From Podarcis pityusensis (Eukaryota): a DNA stretch of 64,000 nt. The notes under the pieces were generated by a model, which worked only from the letters and a program-made list of their open reading frames with translations, did no database searches and was not told the DNA's origin. The translations under genes were made by a program, and so were the position numbers. Where the stretch lies: NCBI GenBank assembly GCA_964106645.2, contig OZ067045.1. One strand, 5' to 3'. Positions 22,018-34,538 of the stretch are shown one piece after another. Positions within the stretch are counted from its first letter, which is position 1. Each line of letters begins with the position of its first letter.

Positions 22018-23593
22018 CACTGGGCAACAATTTTTTACTTTTTGAATGTTGTCTAGATTTCTACAACTGATTTAGGGTATTTTTGCACTGCTGAATCAGG
22101 AAATGGCATCCGTTTCTCTTCATCAGGTCAGGTTTTTGTGCTATGTTGATTTGAAAAAAAATCAGATCTTGTGACAAAATCGATTACATTTTTGTGGCAT
22201 TATCAGCTGATTTTCGTCAACACATATCATCCTAAATATGTTTTTAAGAGAGAAAAAATGTTTTTCCAACAACATATATTGATTATCCGATAGAAACATC
22301 GATTACTGTAAATTGAATGGTGGACATTGATAAAGGTAAGTACACGTAAATTGCATGTTGCTTCACCATTTTTCAGACTTCAGGGCTTGAACTTCCGTTT
22401 CTTGGAACTCCTGGAATGCTCAGTGGCAGGGAGGTCTCTCTTCAGAGTCCAACAGTAGTCAGCCATCATGACTGCATCCCAGCGACCCTGATACCTGGTC
22501 TCCATCTCTTTCATGTCCTGATGGAATCTCTCCCCCTGCTCGTCACTCATTGAACCCAGGTTCTCAGGAACCGGTCCATATGTGAAAATAGGTAGTGCAT
22601 CTTGACGCTCATGTTGCAGCCCAGGTTTCTGAAAGCAGTCAGCATGTTGTTGACAAGTTCTGCGTAGTTTCTGGCCTTATTGTTGCCAAGAAAGTTCTTC
22701 ACTACCAGAACAAATGCATTCCACGCTTCCAGTTCCACTTTGTTCATTGAGTTTCCGAACTCTGGATCTCTGATGAGCTGACGGATCTGAGGACCATCAA
22801 AGATGCCAGCTTTCAACTTCTCCATGGTCAATCCTGGAAAAGCCTGGCACAAGTAAGTGAAGCAGTCACCATCCTTGTCCAGAGCCTTGGTGAACTGCTT
22901 GATTAAGCCGAGCTTGATGTGCAGCGGTGGGAAGAGTATTCTGTCTCTGTCCACCAGAGGGTCGTTGATGACGTTCCTTTTTCTGCAAGGCACCAATTCC
23001 TCCCTCACAGGCCAGTCCTTCTTTGTGTAAAGCTGAGCACGGTCCCTACTATCCCACATGCACAGAAAACATGGGAACTTGGTGAAGCCAGACTTTTTGT
23101 CCCAACAAAAAGTTCACCATCTTCAGGTCAACACAGATAAACCACATATGCTGATCATAACCAATTTTCTCCAGCACATACTTCACCGCTTCATAGTTCT
23201 CCTTCAGTGTACTCGAGTGAGCCAGGGATTTTGATCCCCCAACTTTATGCTTTGCCGCACCAATTTATGGAAGATTTCGAGGTTTTATGACTTCAAACTG
23301 ATCCCTTTTCGACATAATCACCCAGAACCATCGGACCTGAATACTTCTTGTCATTAAAATAATCATTTCCAATCAAAACAATTATTCGACATGGCATTTT
23401 ACCCCCACCAACTTCTTCTAAAATGCTCCACACAAGCGTACATGTGAACAAAAACGTAAAAAAATGACATGTGGCCATAGCTCAAAAACTTGACCTGATT
23501 GAGCAAAACCAATGTGATTTTTGGATTCAGCGCATCAGATTCGTCCTAAATCAGCTGAAAAAACGCAGACAACAAATTTGTTGTTGACCAGTG
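22018..23593 (-). mobile_element. Chapaev3 (CMC superfamily) DNA transposon, internally deleted
   Basis: Termini cactgggcaacaa... / ...ttgttgaccagtg, with longer imperfect subterminal inverted repeats. 3-bp TSD TAA at 22015-22017 and 23594-23596. Carries transposase remnants. Confidence 0.9.
22380..23250 (-). pseudogene. Chapaev3 transposase pseudogene (C-terminal catalytic half)
   Basis: AHSSTLKENYEAVKYVLEKIGYDQHMWFICVDLKMVNF..SGFTKFPCFLCMWDSRDR...PPLHIKLGLIKQF...KAGIFDGPQIR...MSVKMHYLFSHMDRF/ENLGSMSDEQGERFHQDMKEMETRYQGRWDAVMMADYCWTLKRD...KRKFKP*. Stop at 22380-22382; frameshift near 22568 and apparent compensating indels near 23100. Confidence 0.88.
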
Positions 23594-24585
23594 TAATTGT
23601 TCTTATTCTTTGTATGGCTTAAAAAAATCATTTTATGTACATAACTTAGAAATTCTAAATATTAACCAGTATAATAAGCAAATGGCTATTTTAATTGTCT
23701 CTCACTGCAATTGCAATTTTACTTGTTAAAATGCACCCATCACGGCTGGGCAGAAATTATTAAATAGATAAACATATCAAGGGTGAAATTACAGAGGGTC
23801 CTCAAAGCCTTCTACTCTCCACACAGAAAACCCAAGTCACAGTCCTTGCCCCTTCCCAACTTTTCCATATCAGCCAGGACAGCTAGAGGACAGCTCCTTC
23901 TCAATGTAAAGTTTGCTCAATCTCAGTTTCCAATCAAAGGCACTCAGGCTAGGAGGAGTCCAGAGCCTTATGCTTAAATGAGTCAGCACCAGATGCCCAA
24001 CTGAGATCAATTCATGGTGTGATTCACTGAGATTGTTAAAACATCCCCTGTCTTTCCTGGCAAGTGGAAAAGTTGTGTGTTCAAGTCAGTTGCCACAAAC
24101 AGCAAGCCCAACAAGGCAATTGGCTCAGAATTCTTACACAACAATACATCCTCAAGAGTAGAGTTTCTCAGACTTCTGAAGCACAATTCACTTTTGCAGC
24201 CAGCAAGACTTTTGTTTAAAGTAGAAAAGACACACCCTCAGAGGATGTTCCTCCATGATTTGTGATTCATTGATCTGCATCCGGGCTCTGCAGTGGGACA
24301 ACAGCCAGTCTGTTTCCTCAGAGGAAACTGTGGCATCTCTGCATTGAGAACGGTTCAACAATTCGAATTACGTCCAGTGCTGGGATGTGGCAGAAACTCC
24401 TGCCCCCACTGGATGAAGAAGGTAAGGTCGGAGCACCAAGTCATACAAGGAAGCCTCTGGCAACCTCCCCATGGAGTGAGCAGAAGAATACAGAATTATT
24501 TGATGATTTAACTGATTCACTTCTCATTCTGTGGTGTAGGAGTTACTATTACAAAAGTAATAAAAATGCAGTTCATTATGTCTTA

Positions 24586-24933
24586 AAGGTAAAGGGACCC
24601 CTGACCAATTAGGACCAGTCACGGACGACTCTGGAGTTGCAGCGCTCATCTCGCTTTACTGGCCAAGGGAGCCGGCGTACAGCTTCCAGATCATGCGGCC
24701 GGGATGACTAAGCCGCTTCTGGCGAACCAGAGCAGTGCACAGAAACGCCATTTACCTTCCCGCTGGAGCGGTACCTATTTATCTACTTGCACTTTGTGCT
24801 TTCAAACTGCTAGGTTGGCAGGAGCAGGGACTGAGCAACGGGAGCTCACCCCGTCGCGGGGATTTGAACCGCCAACCTTCTGATTGGCAAGTCCTAGGCT
24901 CTGTGGTTTAACCCACAGCGCCACCCGCATCCC
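24586..24933 (-). mobile_element. Full-length Sauria SINE
   Basis: Minus-strand head GGGATGCGGGTGGCGCTGTGGGTTAAACCACAG, box B GGTTCAAATCCC and ACCTT(T) tail. Perfect 13-bp TSD tcattatgtctta at 24573-24585 and 24934-24946. Confidence 0.95.
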
Positions 24934-25238
24934 TCATTATGTCTTACATGATTCTAAATATCAAGAGCCTTTTCACAGAATACCTGTGGCAGCTGAGAGC
25001 TGTTAAAATATTCAAAGCAAATTCAAGTTAAATATTTAGAATAAGTAATCCAAATAAGGGGAGAGTCATTGACCGCTGTGGGTTGTGAGGGACAGATGTT
25101 TTTTAAGCACAACATATTAAGTTTTTAGTGTGTTGCAATACATGTACACACTAAGATTTAATGAATGAAGAGCCTCCTAAATTGGACCACACAAGTTGCT
25201 CATGCGAATGAAAGAGTCACCCAGGGAGAATGACACGG

Positions 25239-25441
25239 ATGGAAATTCACCCTGTGCTCTTTGTTTTCTGCCCAACCTGGCAGTGTTTATACAAACAAGT
25301 GATAAAGGTCTTTTAAAAATAAGATACTATTTCTAGAACTCTTTTATCTCCCTCGTTTGTATAAAAACTGCTAAGGTAAGCTGAAAGATCATATATGGCA
25401 AAAAGAAAAAAAGAATGAGCACAGGGTGAATTTTCACCCAT
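25239..25441. repeat. ~200-bp imperfect palindrome (probable MITE relic)
   Basis: Outer arms aattcaccctgtgctc / gagcacagggtgaatt; inner arms gcagtgtttatacaaac / gtttgtataaaaactgc. Confidence 0.8.
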
Positions 25442-25556
25442 GGAGCAGTGCAGGCCCTACACTCCAAGGTCCCAGGGTGGGTTACAGCATTAAAAACAAC
25501 TCATCAGTAGATTCAGCATTAGCCAGAAGCCACCTGCAGCATAGCCAGGTCCTTAC

Positions 25557-27028
25557 CTTGAAATCTGCCAGCTGCTGACTGATAACCTCCACTTCTGTCC
25601 CAACGACCCACTGCAAAGCTTCGCTGTCTTCTGCTGTGGCTGTCATGTAGTTCAGCTCCTTTAGTTTGTCATAGAAGTCCTTGACGCGAGCCAGCGTTGT
25701 GTCCACCTGCTCCAGGCGACTTTTGCCTCTTTCGTTCAGTTTGCCACATTGCTTATTTAAAGTCTCCAGCTCACGTTTCAACCCTATGAGGTCGGGGCTT
25801 CCTTCATCATCCAACATCTGCCTGCATTTCTCTTCAGAAGCTTGGATATCCAGCCTCAGCCTCTGAAGTTTGCCCAGGAATTCATGGACATCCTCTGCTT
25901 GAGACTGCAGACTGTCCATGTCTCTCCCAACAGAGCCCATGCTGTCCAACTCGTCATCTAGGTCAGCCAGCTGAGAGAACATCTCCCGAACATGATTATT
26001 AAATTGACCAATCCCTTCAAGCTTGCTCTCCATAAGTTGACAACATTCGTTAACTTTTTGCTTGACTGCTTTGAAGTCTTGCTGGGCAACCTCAGCTTGA
26101 CTTAAGAGATGGGAGGAGTCAGACCCATCTGGAGCATCTTCCACCAGGCCCCGAGTGAAATTCCTCAGGTAATCCACCTGGGGTTCCAATGCCTGGATAA
26201 CCTCCTGTTGGGCTCTCAGCTTCTCCAAGTTCTTAGTGCTGCAGGCCTGTGGGCCGAGGGCGTCATAGATTTCCAGCTGATGCTTTGTCCCATCTAGTTT
26301 CTTCTCAATGTTCCTAAAGCTTTCTTGGAACTCCTTCAGCCTTTGCGACATTTCTTCCAGGGAACCGGTCTTTGCTTGGAGTTCCTCTGTGATAGCGTCC
26401 ATCTTCTGGTTGATCCCAGCTTTCTCATCCCTAACATCATCCTCATCCATTTCTGATGCATTGATGAGGATATCAGCGGCGCTGTTCAGCATCTCCAGAA
26501 GGGAGCGGCGCTTCTCCACATCGCTCAGCATAGCCTTTGACCTCAGGAGTGTGGCTTCCAGTTGTACTGGATCCAGAGTGACTTCCAGCTCTAGCATCTT
26601 TGACCTGCAGTCCTCCACCCACGGGAAAAGGTCTTCCACATGACGCTGGTATTTCTGAGCCTTCTGTAAGCAGTCCTTGAGTTTAGCATGTCGGTCTGTG
26701 ATCTGTTTGCTAAGCTCCTCCCAGTTTGCTTTCAGGTTGACCAGCTGGCTTTGCAAACTGGCTCTCTCCTCGCCGGGATGAATGGAGTGAAGCAAAGACT
26801 CACCCTCTACCACAATCAATTCATAGGAGCCCCTGTGCTGGTTGAGGCTCTTTTGGAATTCTTCCTGCTCCTGGATCTGAGACTGCAGCCTCTCCAGCTT
26901 AGCTGAGATCGGCCCACTCTGTGCCTGCTGCCTCAGCTTGTCATCCAGCCAAGTGTGGAGCTCATCAAACATCTGTTGGAATTGCTGGGAGCTGGCAAGC
27001 ACTGTCTGCAATCGATTCATCCGGTCAC
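25557..27028 (-). CDS. MACF1: MACF1 spectrin-repeat exon, 1472 bp (phase 1->0)
   Basis: ttttcag|GT GAC CGG ATG...TTC AAG|gtaagg; GDRMNRLQTVLASSQQFQQMFDELHTWLD...SQQLADFK. Confidence 0.96.
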
Positions 27029-27696
27029 CTGAAAATTGGAGGAGGCAGGAATACATTGTTAAGACATGCATTTCATAAAGCTAGGAACCTCTCCTAATGT
27101 TCCTGATGCACAAATCTACATTCCAGTCTTCGCCATATAAGCACCTTTCAGTGAAAAAGCAAATTGGTATACCATTAAAGGTAAGGCAATCTTATACATC
27201 TAGAAAGCCACAAATCACAGAACATAGGGTCTATTCAGGGGAATTTAATTGATTCTGTAGGATCCCCAGAACATCTGTTTCCTTAAAAAATGGTTTCTAG
27301 GTCTTACATTTACATAGAGGCAGTGGTCAAAATGGGATGGGGTGGCATTCCAATTCTTTTCAGGCAGACAAAATGGAGCCCAGCTAACCATCCCACTTCT
27401 TCTACACATGCATTAGGGAAAAATACACCTGGGAGATGGCATTGGCTGGGGCTTCCTATTGGGCCTGTGTTGGTGACACACTGAGTTTGCTTCATAATGT
27501 GTGGAGTGGCCCTGAGATTAAGCCTTTCACCACATCTGGTGAGCCAAGGATCTATTGGGTCCTTATTGCCCACACAACTTTCCTGGCTGTTGGGAGCCCT
27601 CCTTCTCGACTAAATGCTGTCTGTGTTTCTAAATTCTGCAAATGGTGTTATATAGCACCTGATGACCCCATGTTTTCAAATGATTCATTTCCATAC

Positions 27697-28192
27697 CTGC
27701 CAAATCCTCCAGCCCTTTGAGAGGGAGGGCCACCGTCTCCAAGCGCTTCTTCAGCTCATCCTTCAGGTACTGCTCCCCAATGAGGACTGAGAGCTCATCA
27801 CATAGGACCTGAGCCTCCGTGATCTCCTCTTCCAGCTGTGCCAGGTTGGACCGGATTTCACTCGTTTCTTCCAGCTGCTGCTTCACAGCCTCTGGCTGGG
27901 TGCTGATGGTGGACTGGGTGCTCAGGCACTGCCCAGCAGCCTTCACCTTCTCAGACAGCCCCTGGAGCAGCTCTTGGTACTGGGTGCTCTTGACAATGGC
28001 CTGGTCGATTTGGCTGGAGCGTGAGTTGAGCCTCTCTGTGAGTTCCGTCCACTTCTGGTTGACAGCCTGGAGCTCCTCCTGCATGTTGCTGATGGATGGA
28101 GACCCTTCGCTGGGGCTGGTGAGTATCCCTTGGGCAGCCTCATTCAACTGATCATACTGGGGCTTGCGGGACTCAAACTCCTTCAGCATGAA
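27697..28192 (-). CDS. MACF1: MACF1 spectrin-repeat exon, 496 bp (phase 0->1)
   Basis: cattttag|TTC ATG CTG...GCA G|gtatgg; FMLKEFESRKPQYDQLNE...LPLKGLEDLA. Confidence 0.96.
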
Positions 28193-30319
28193 CTAAAATG
28201 GGGGAGGGGGTGGAGAAACAGTGCGTATGTTTTTTAATGAGAGACCAAGATGGTTAACAAAAAGATTAAAGAAGCCAAGGAGAATGCAACCATAGCACTG
28301 TCAGTCTTGGTTGCATAATAAAAAACCTTTTTAAAAGGACCAAGGGAACGGCTGCCTTCTTAAACCTGATGAAAATAATGACTTGGTGTTACTACTGGGC
28401 CATTTTCAAGGTGTTACTATTATATACTGGCATTAACAGCCAGGGACCAGTTTACTTATAGGATCACCCTATTTGTGCCCACTCAGCTGCTTCGAACTGT
28501 GGAACTGATACTGTTACAAGTGCCACATAATGCTCATTCTGCAATAAATCAATTTTTAGAGTGGCAGCACTTACACTTTGAAATTCCCTGTGCATTGACA
28601 TCAGGCTGTACAATTTCTGGTGCCTCCTTACTTGCTTTTAACTGCTTTTATTGATAACTTTAATGTTTCTTTTAATTTTTGTAAAACCACTTAGAAGGTG
28701 CTTTGTTTTTTACAATCAAGCAGCACATATGTGATGTGATGTGATGTGATATAATGTACGCAATGCCTTTCCTAGAAATATCAGTGGTTTCCAAACTTCC
28801 CATTTTCACATTAATTAATCTGAAAACACGTTCTACCCCACAATGCACTGCAAAGGATTCTAGGGCGGAGGTGGACTTCAGGCTTGTTGGATCTAACCCC
28901 AAGATCTACCAATGAGAGCCGGGTGCAAAAGACATGCAGGGTGCCTCCAGACCATCACTATTTGGGGCATTTCAACTGGATTAAAGGGTTCAGTCACCCA
29001 AGTGCAACAAATCCATTTTTTACACAAACTCCAATTTATAAAACAAGTCCCACTTTGCAGCACAGAAAATGATGAGTGCTGAATAAATGGAATGTCTAGA
29101 GGAGCCCATAGTTAGAATTAAATACCAGGGTGCCTCTGAGCTCATTCTTTTCCGAGCTCAGTCCTTTTGCACAAAAAATCCACTCCCTGTTAGCCATCTC
29201 CATTTCAGCAGCCTAAATTAGGTGAGAAAAGTCATTTTGTTGTTGCTAATGTTGAACAACTGAGAGATCAACCAGCCTACCTCCTGCCCACCCCTGTTCG
29301 CCAGGACACACTCTTGGTTCTTGCAAGTGTTCCAGATGGCCTCACATGACCTGAGTGGGTCCTAGAGCACACCCAACATTTCCCTGTGTGTGCACACTGG
29401 AAGGGAAGTGGTAGACAAAAGCTTGCCTGCCATGCCTGATTTGATTCTGAATGAGAAACCCCTGATAAGCTTCCAAGGAAGTCCAAGGCTCCTTGGAAAG
29501 CTGAGGTCTGAGCAATGAGGCAGCCAAAGATGAACTGTCCTCTTCATTGAGGAAGATACATCCAATGAGCTGCAAAGGAATGTGATGTCAGCTGATGAAT
29601 CAATTAAACAAGTTAGTCTGCTGCAAGAGTTTAGGTTGGCTGACACACAACTAAAAGCATATTGAGTTGCTATAAACCATCTGTAGAGTTTCTGGAAAGA
29701 AGCTGTGGGAAGTCAGCTTGAAACAGGATTTCATCTTTAAAAAAATGTCAGGGATGATGATGACATTCAAAAGACATTCCACTCCCCTGCCTTATTTGTC
29801 CTGCTGCTGCTACAGTTCATATAAACAAGTTGCAGACTGAGAGTCAAACTGTATAAGCATGAAGATCTCCCGACAATCCTACCCTCTCGAGCGTTTGACT
29901 GCTTACAGGCCTCTTCTTAGCAGCATGATTCATAATCCAAGGGAGAGGAAGGCAAATGCAAGAGATGGGGCTGCTGCTCAATGAAACTGAACATTTCTAC
30001 ACAAGCACCCCTTCTGTCAGGGCTAGTGATCTGGAGCTGGAAAGCAGGTAGGCAAGGACAGGCACCCTGTGCTGCTCAAACTGATGAGCCAGGGGACAGG
30101 TGGAAATATATCAGGCCCTTGTACCTACTAATCATTGCTGGGCTAGAAGCTGCGATTGCTCAGGCCATCTGCAGTGGTGACAGTGCAGTGCAAAAGGTCA
30201 ACAGTTCCCTCTCACTGGCAGATGACCAGCATGGTGCACTCTTGTAGTCACTTCCACCTGCATTGACCACCATACTCTTTTCAACCTGTTTGCATAAAAT
30301 GCCTTTGCTGGCTTCTCAC

Positions 30320-30519
30320 CTGAACTTGCTGCTTCTGTGCATTCAGCATGTTGGGATCGATGGAGAGTGGGCCCAACACGCTCATCATGAGCTCCTTCTC
30401 CATCAGCCAGGGACGCAGCTGGCCCTCAGCCACCTGGAAGCTGGCCAGCTCGCTGGCTGATTTCTCCAACTTCTGCTGGCGCTCTGCTGTCACCTGGTTG
30501 GCATGTGCCCACCTGGAAT
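30320..30519 (-). CDS. MACF1: MACF1 exon, 200 bp (phase 1->0)
   Basis: cattcag|AT TCC AGG TGG...GTT CAG|gtgaga; [18 protein letters not shown]...[13 protein letters not shown]. Confidence 0.95.
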
Positions 30520-30644
30520 CTGAATGCCAGAAATACCATGACTGGGTACATTCCCTCCACAAAGGCTTCCATAGGACTCATTGGCTACGGGTGAATGCGG
30601 ACCTCTAAGGGAATTTTTAGGACTTACCTGATCAGGTATTTACA

Positions 30645-30843
30645 GCAGGAGTGGGAAAACTCAGGCCCGTGGGCCAAATGAGGCCAGGTCTCCCCTCCCC
30701 AGGTGACATGGACCTAGGTGGTTGGGACATGGTCGACACAGCATGCAGGCACGTGTGTTTGAATATGGGTGTGGTGTGAGTGTGGGGTGGCCTTGCCTGT
30801 ATGGCTAGAATGTGGCCCCCTGAGGTTAAGTCTGTCCCTCCTG
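30645..30843. mobile_element. hAT/Charlie-like MITE
   Basis: caggagtgggaaaactcaggcccgtgggccaaatgaggcc ... gtggccccctgaggttaagtctgtccctcctg; CAGG..CCTG ends. Confidence 0.55.
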
Positions 30844-32410
30844 ATTTAACTGAAGATACTGCAAACTGAACCCAAAATTTAACGCAGGTGCACACTATGT
30901 CCTACCCCCACGCTACCCACAAAATGAGGTGGTGCACCTGTTCTCAGCTGAATGGCAGAGCCTCCTCCATAAACTTTTGGAAAGATTCCATACAATGCTT
31001 TTCATTGGCCCAGTTCCTATGCAAACAGGGAGTGTCTCCTCTCAACAAACAGAGGTGGAACTGCTCTTAAAACTGCTCTTAAAAAAAAGGTTTCAGGGGA
31101 AAATTTTGGCAAAGCAGTTTCAATATTCTTTTGCAAATATGAATTACAGTTTCAGCAAACATTTAAAATGTCAGGTTTCATCTTTCTGGGGGTGGGAAAT
31201 CACACAGCATTCCTCCAAAATAACAACAGTAAGACTGCAGTAGCTTGGGCAAGCTGACAGGCACAATCAGCTCTGACACCCATTCAAAAACCAGATCATG
31301 CTTTGTGCTAACTAATGATTTCTGGCTGCTTCAGAAATAAAATGTCATTATAAACTGGTCAGGACATGAGCCTGTTCTACTCAGATTTGGAGTGGGCTGT
31401 GCAAGGGAAAGTCTGGAAAAGGAAACACAACCAAACATGAGGGTAAGGGAACTCTTGACTATAAGGCATGCCCACAACTGCAGGCTTCAGGGTCTGCAAC
31501 TGCTACACACTACTCAGGAGGGCCTTGTGCAACTCCATCTCTCTGGCCAGGGTGGATCCTCTGTTGCATGCAGAACAGGGAGTGGGGTGGAGAGAGACCA
31601 TGCACTCAGCCTGGGAGGGGCTAGAACTCCCAAATGGAAAGAGCTGCACATTCCTGTGGGATAATCCACTGGGCCAACCCTGTGGGAAATGAATGCACAC
31701 CCACACACATGCACTTAGGATGGCCCCTTTTCTCACACCAAGGATAACTGCCTAAGACACACCTCCTCTCTCAGCCTCTCCACCCCGCCCCCCCCCCGAT
31801 AGCTGAACCCTGCCTGCTGCACATGCTTTCTCCACTTAACTCTGTGATAGCCTGCTTTGTTCAGAAGCAGGATGTGCTGGCCTGCTTGCCACTGAAGAGG
31901 TTTATCTGATGATACCCCAAGAATGTCAGTAACACAATTTCTAAATGACTCCCCCTCCCCAGCCAGCACAAGCCATTTTGCTTCTACAGGCAAGGACAAG
32001 ATGGCACCCCTCATTTCATACCCAGATGCTGACTGGACTGGTAGCTGAATCTTATTTTGATACTGGTGATAGGACAGCATCGCCCTGAGCATAGCAGGCT
32101 TCTTTAGGGGGCATAGAGGAGGCTGCTGTCCGCCATCTCACTGACATTCCCTGGCCTTCAGCATCTGCCATCTGATGCAGCCAGCTCTCATTCACTTCCA
32201 CAGCACTAGAGTTAAGAGAACTTCCTGGACCTTTGGCTTCCTTGTCCTGCTTTCCACACTTTCCCCTTAGTCTACAGTCCTTTCCCGATTGCCACGGCAC
32301 CACCCACCAGACAGTCTATATTTCAGCTAGATGGAGGCTTCCCCTTTCTAGAACTGGCCCAGTCTTGGTCAGCCCCAGATGACTTTCTCAGAGGTCTCTG
32401 GGTCACATAC

Positions 32411-32540
32411 TTAAGTCCTCCAGCATCCGCTTCCAATTTCCTGCTTCTGGCGATTCGGGATATTTCTCCAGGAGTCCAGAAAGAGACTCTTTTGCTTTCT
32501 GGACTTTCACAGCGTTCTGCTCCAGCTCAGCCAGGAATGC
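32411..32540 (-). CDS. MACF1: MACF1 exon, 130 bp (phase 0->1); not in ORF track
   Basis: ccctgtag|GCA TTC CTG...TTA A|gtatgt; AFLAELEQNAVKVQKAKESLSGLLEKYPESPEAGNWKRMLEDL. Confidence 0.95.
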
Positions 32541-33449
32541 CTACAGGGTCATGGGCGGGGAGGGGAGAGAGCCACAAGAGACAATTGCAATATTATTATT
32601 TTTCTTAGAAACAGAATATGGTTTGTTTGTGGATTTGATGAAGCAGCAGAAATCTCAAGGTGTGGGGTGGACGGGTGTGTGGGAAGAAAAACAGCTGCCA
32701 TTTCCAAGGGATTTAAGTGCCACATCCATTTCAAGCTGGGCCTGTTCATGAAGGGCAGAATCTAGAAAATACTGTAAAATAAGCACACTTTGAACTTTTC
32801 TGAAAAAGACAACACACCCAATAACACTTCCACTGATAACTAGAAATATATTACAGGCCATAACGCAAAGCCACATAATGAACTCTCAGGGCAAGTCAGT
32901 TTGAAAAATGCACAATAATTTTTCACAACACATAAAAATGGGTTTATAAATTCAGCTTTGTAAAGTATCACCAGTCAGATCAATTCTGACTGATTGCCAA
33001 TCCTGAGAGACAGTACTTCATTCTCCAGTTTTGTTAAGTCAGTTACAGTAGCAGATTTTCAAATTTGGACTCTCAGGGCTGCAAGGCACCGGGTGAGCCT
33101 TTAGGTCAGCATTTAAGGGACATGTTCTCTTTAAAATACATTCATCAGTTTCAGGTGGCTCTTCAGAAGTGTTTGTTAGCATTGAACCTTTTGTCTGCTT
33201 AGGGCCACACTATGTTATTTTGGCCAGGCCTTCCTCTTTGACAGATCAGATGAACTTTGCTCAGTTACTTCCTTCATGTCCGGTGTCAGGAATTCACCTT
33301 CTTGTCCTCAGATTACTGCAACACGTTATAAGTATGGCTGCCTCTGAAGACAGTTTGGCAACTTCAGCTGGTGCAGAATTCAGCACCCAGGTTACTGACC
33401 GGGGCAGGATGGTTTGAGTATATTACATAGATACTGGCCTGACTGTACT

Positions 33450-33942
33450 AGCTGCCAGTTAGTTTTGGGGCCCAATTAAAAGTGCTGGTTTTAACCTATA
33501 ACCTTAAACGACTCAGGACCACAATACCTCCAGGACCGCCTCTCTTCATATGAACCTAACTGGGCCCTGAGATCACCATCTGAGGCCCTTCTTCATGTGC
33601 CTCCTCCATGATAGGAACTGAGGGTGGGAACATGAGAACAGGCCTTTTCTTTGGTGGCTCCCCGCTTGTGGAATGCTCTCCCCAGGGAGGCTCACCTGGC
33701 GCCTTCATTATATACCTTTAGGCGCCAGGAGAAAACAATCCTTCTCATCCAGTCCTTTGGCTGATTACACCCAATACCCTTTTAAATGTGTTGTGGGTGG
33801 TGGATGCTTAGTTTGCTCTTGCTTTGATTATGCATTTTGTATTTTTTTTGGTCTTGCATTTTCATGTTGTGAACTGCCCTGAGATCTGTGGATGAAGGGT
33901 TGCCTACCAACTTAAATAAATAAATAAATAACAAAATAAAAA
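33450..33942 (+). mobile_element. L2 LINE 3' end
   Basis: ctgccagttagtttt..gcccaattaaaagtgctggttttaacctataa...ggccttttctttggtggctccccgcttgtggaatgctctccc...(taaa)n tail. Confidence 0.8.
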
Positions 33943-34296
33943 CACTTCCCCTTCTGTACTCCCTTTTTAATGCTACGTCTGGGGCCCTGCTTAGTTTTTT
34001 GGATTGCGCATAAAGGCCTTAAGCCACCTGTGGTTGTCATGGTGCAACTAGATTTTTGCCATTAAGCTCAGTGGCTGGCCATGCACCAGCACCAACAGTT
34101 AGATCAGCCTTATAAAAGAGTACCTCCTGTGCCAGAGCTATAAAAATGACCACTTCCAAATTGCGTATCTTTGTGATATCCCCCCCCCCCCGAAAGCTAT
34201 TTCATATATGGACGTTCTCCCCTTATATTATCACAAACTGCTGCAAACAAGGTGAGGAAACAGGATATCAAGGTATGTATGAATAACAATAGGAAC

Positions 34297-34538
34297 CTTG
34301 TTATGGTCCGCCTGAGCCCTCATTGTCTCCGACTTGGTAGGTGAAGAGGAAGCTTCCAGCGCAGTCAAGGCCCGCTCCTTTGACTCCAGCCACTTCAGCA
34401 CGGAGCCCACCTCCTCCTGGACATCTCTCATCTTGGCCAACATGGAGGACAGCTGCTCCTGGTGCCCCCGTAAGGTGGCACCAAGCCCCTCATACTGCTG
34501 GTTGACATCTGACACGTCACACTGGATCTCTGTCAAAT
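34297..34538 (-). CDS. MACF1: MACF1 exon, 242 bp (phase 1->0)
   Basis: tgtttag|AT TTG ACA...AAC AAG|gttcct; DLTEIQCDVSDVNQQYEGLG...ETMRAQADHNK. Confidence 0.94.

Noticed and set aside
25482-27071. 529-aa ORF as a standalone gene (likewise the ends of the 58781..64000 ORF)
   Set aside because: The ORF ends are intronic read-through; true boundaries are set by splice sites (25557-27028; 58880). The Met at 64000 is internal.
30081-30115. ctgatgag...gaaa as an intact hammerhead ribozyme (also 20728)
   Set aside because: No convincing stem II or stem III pairing.
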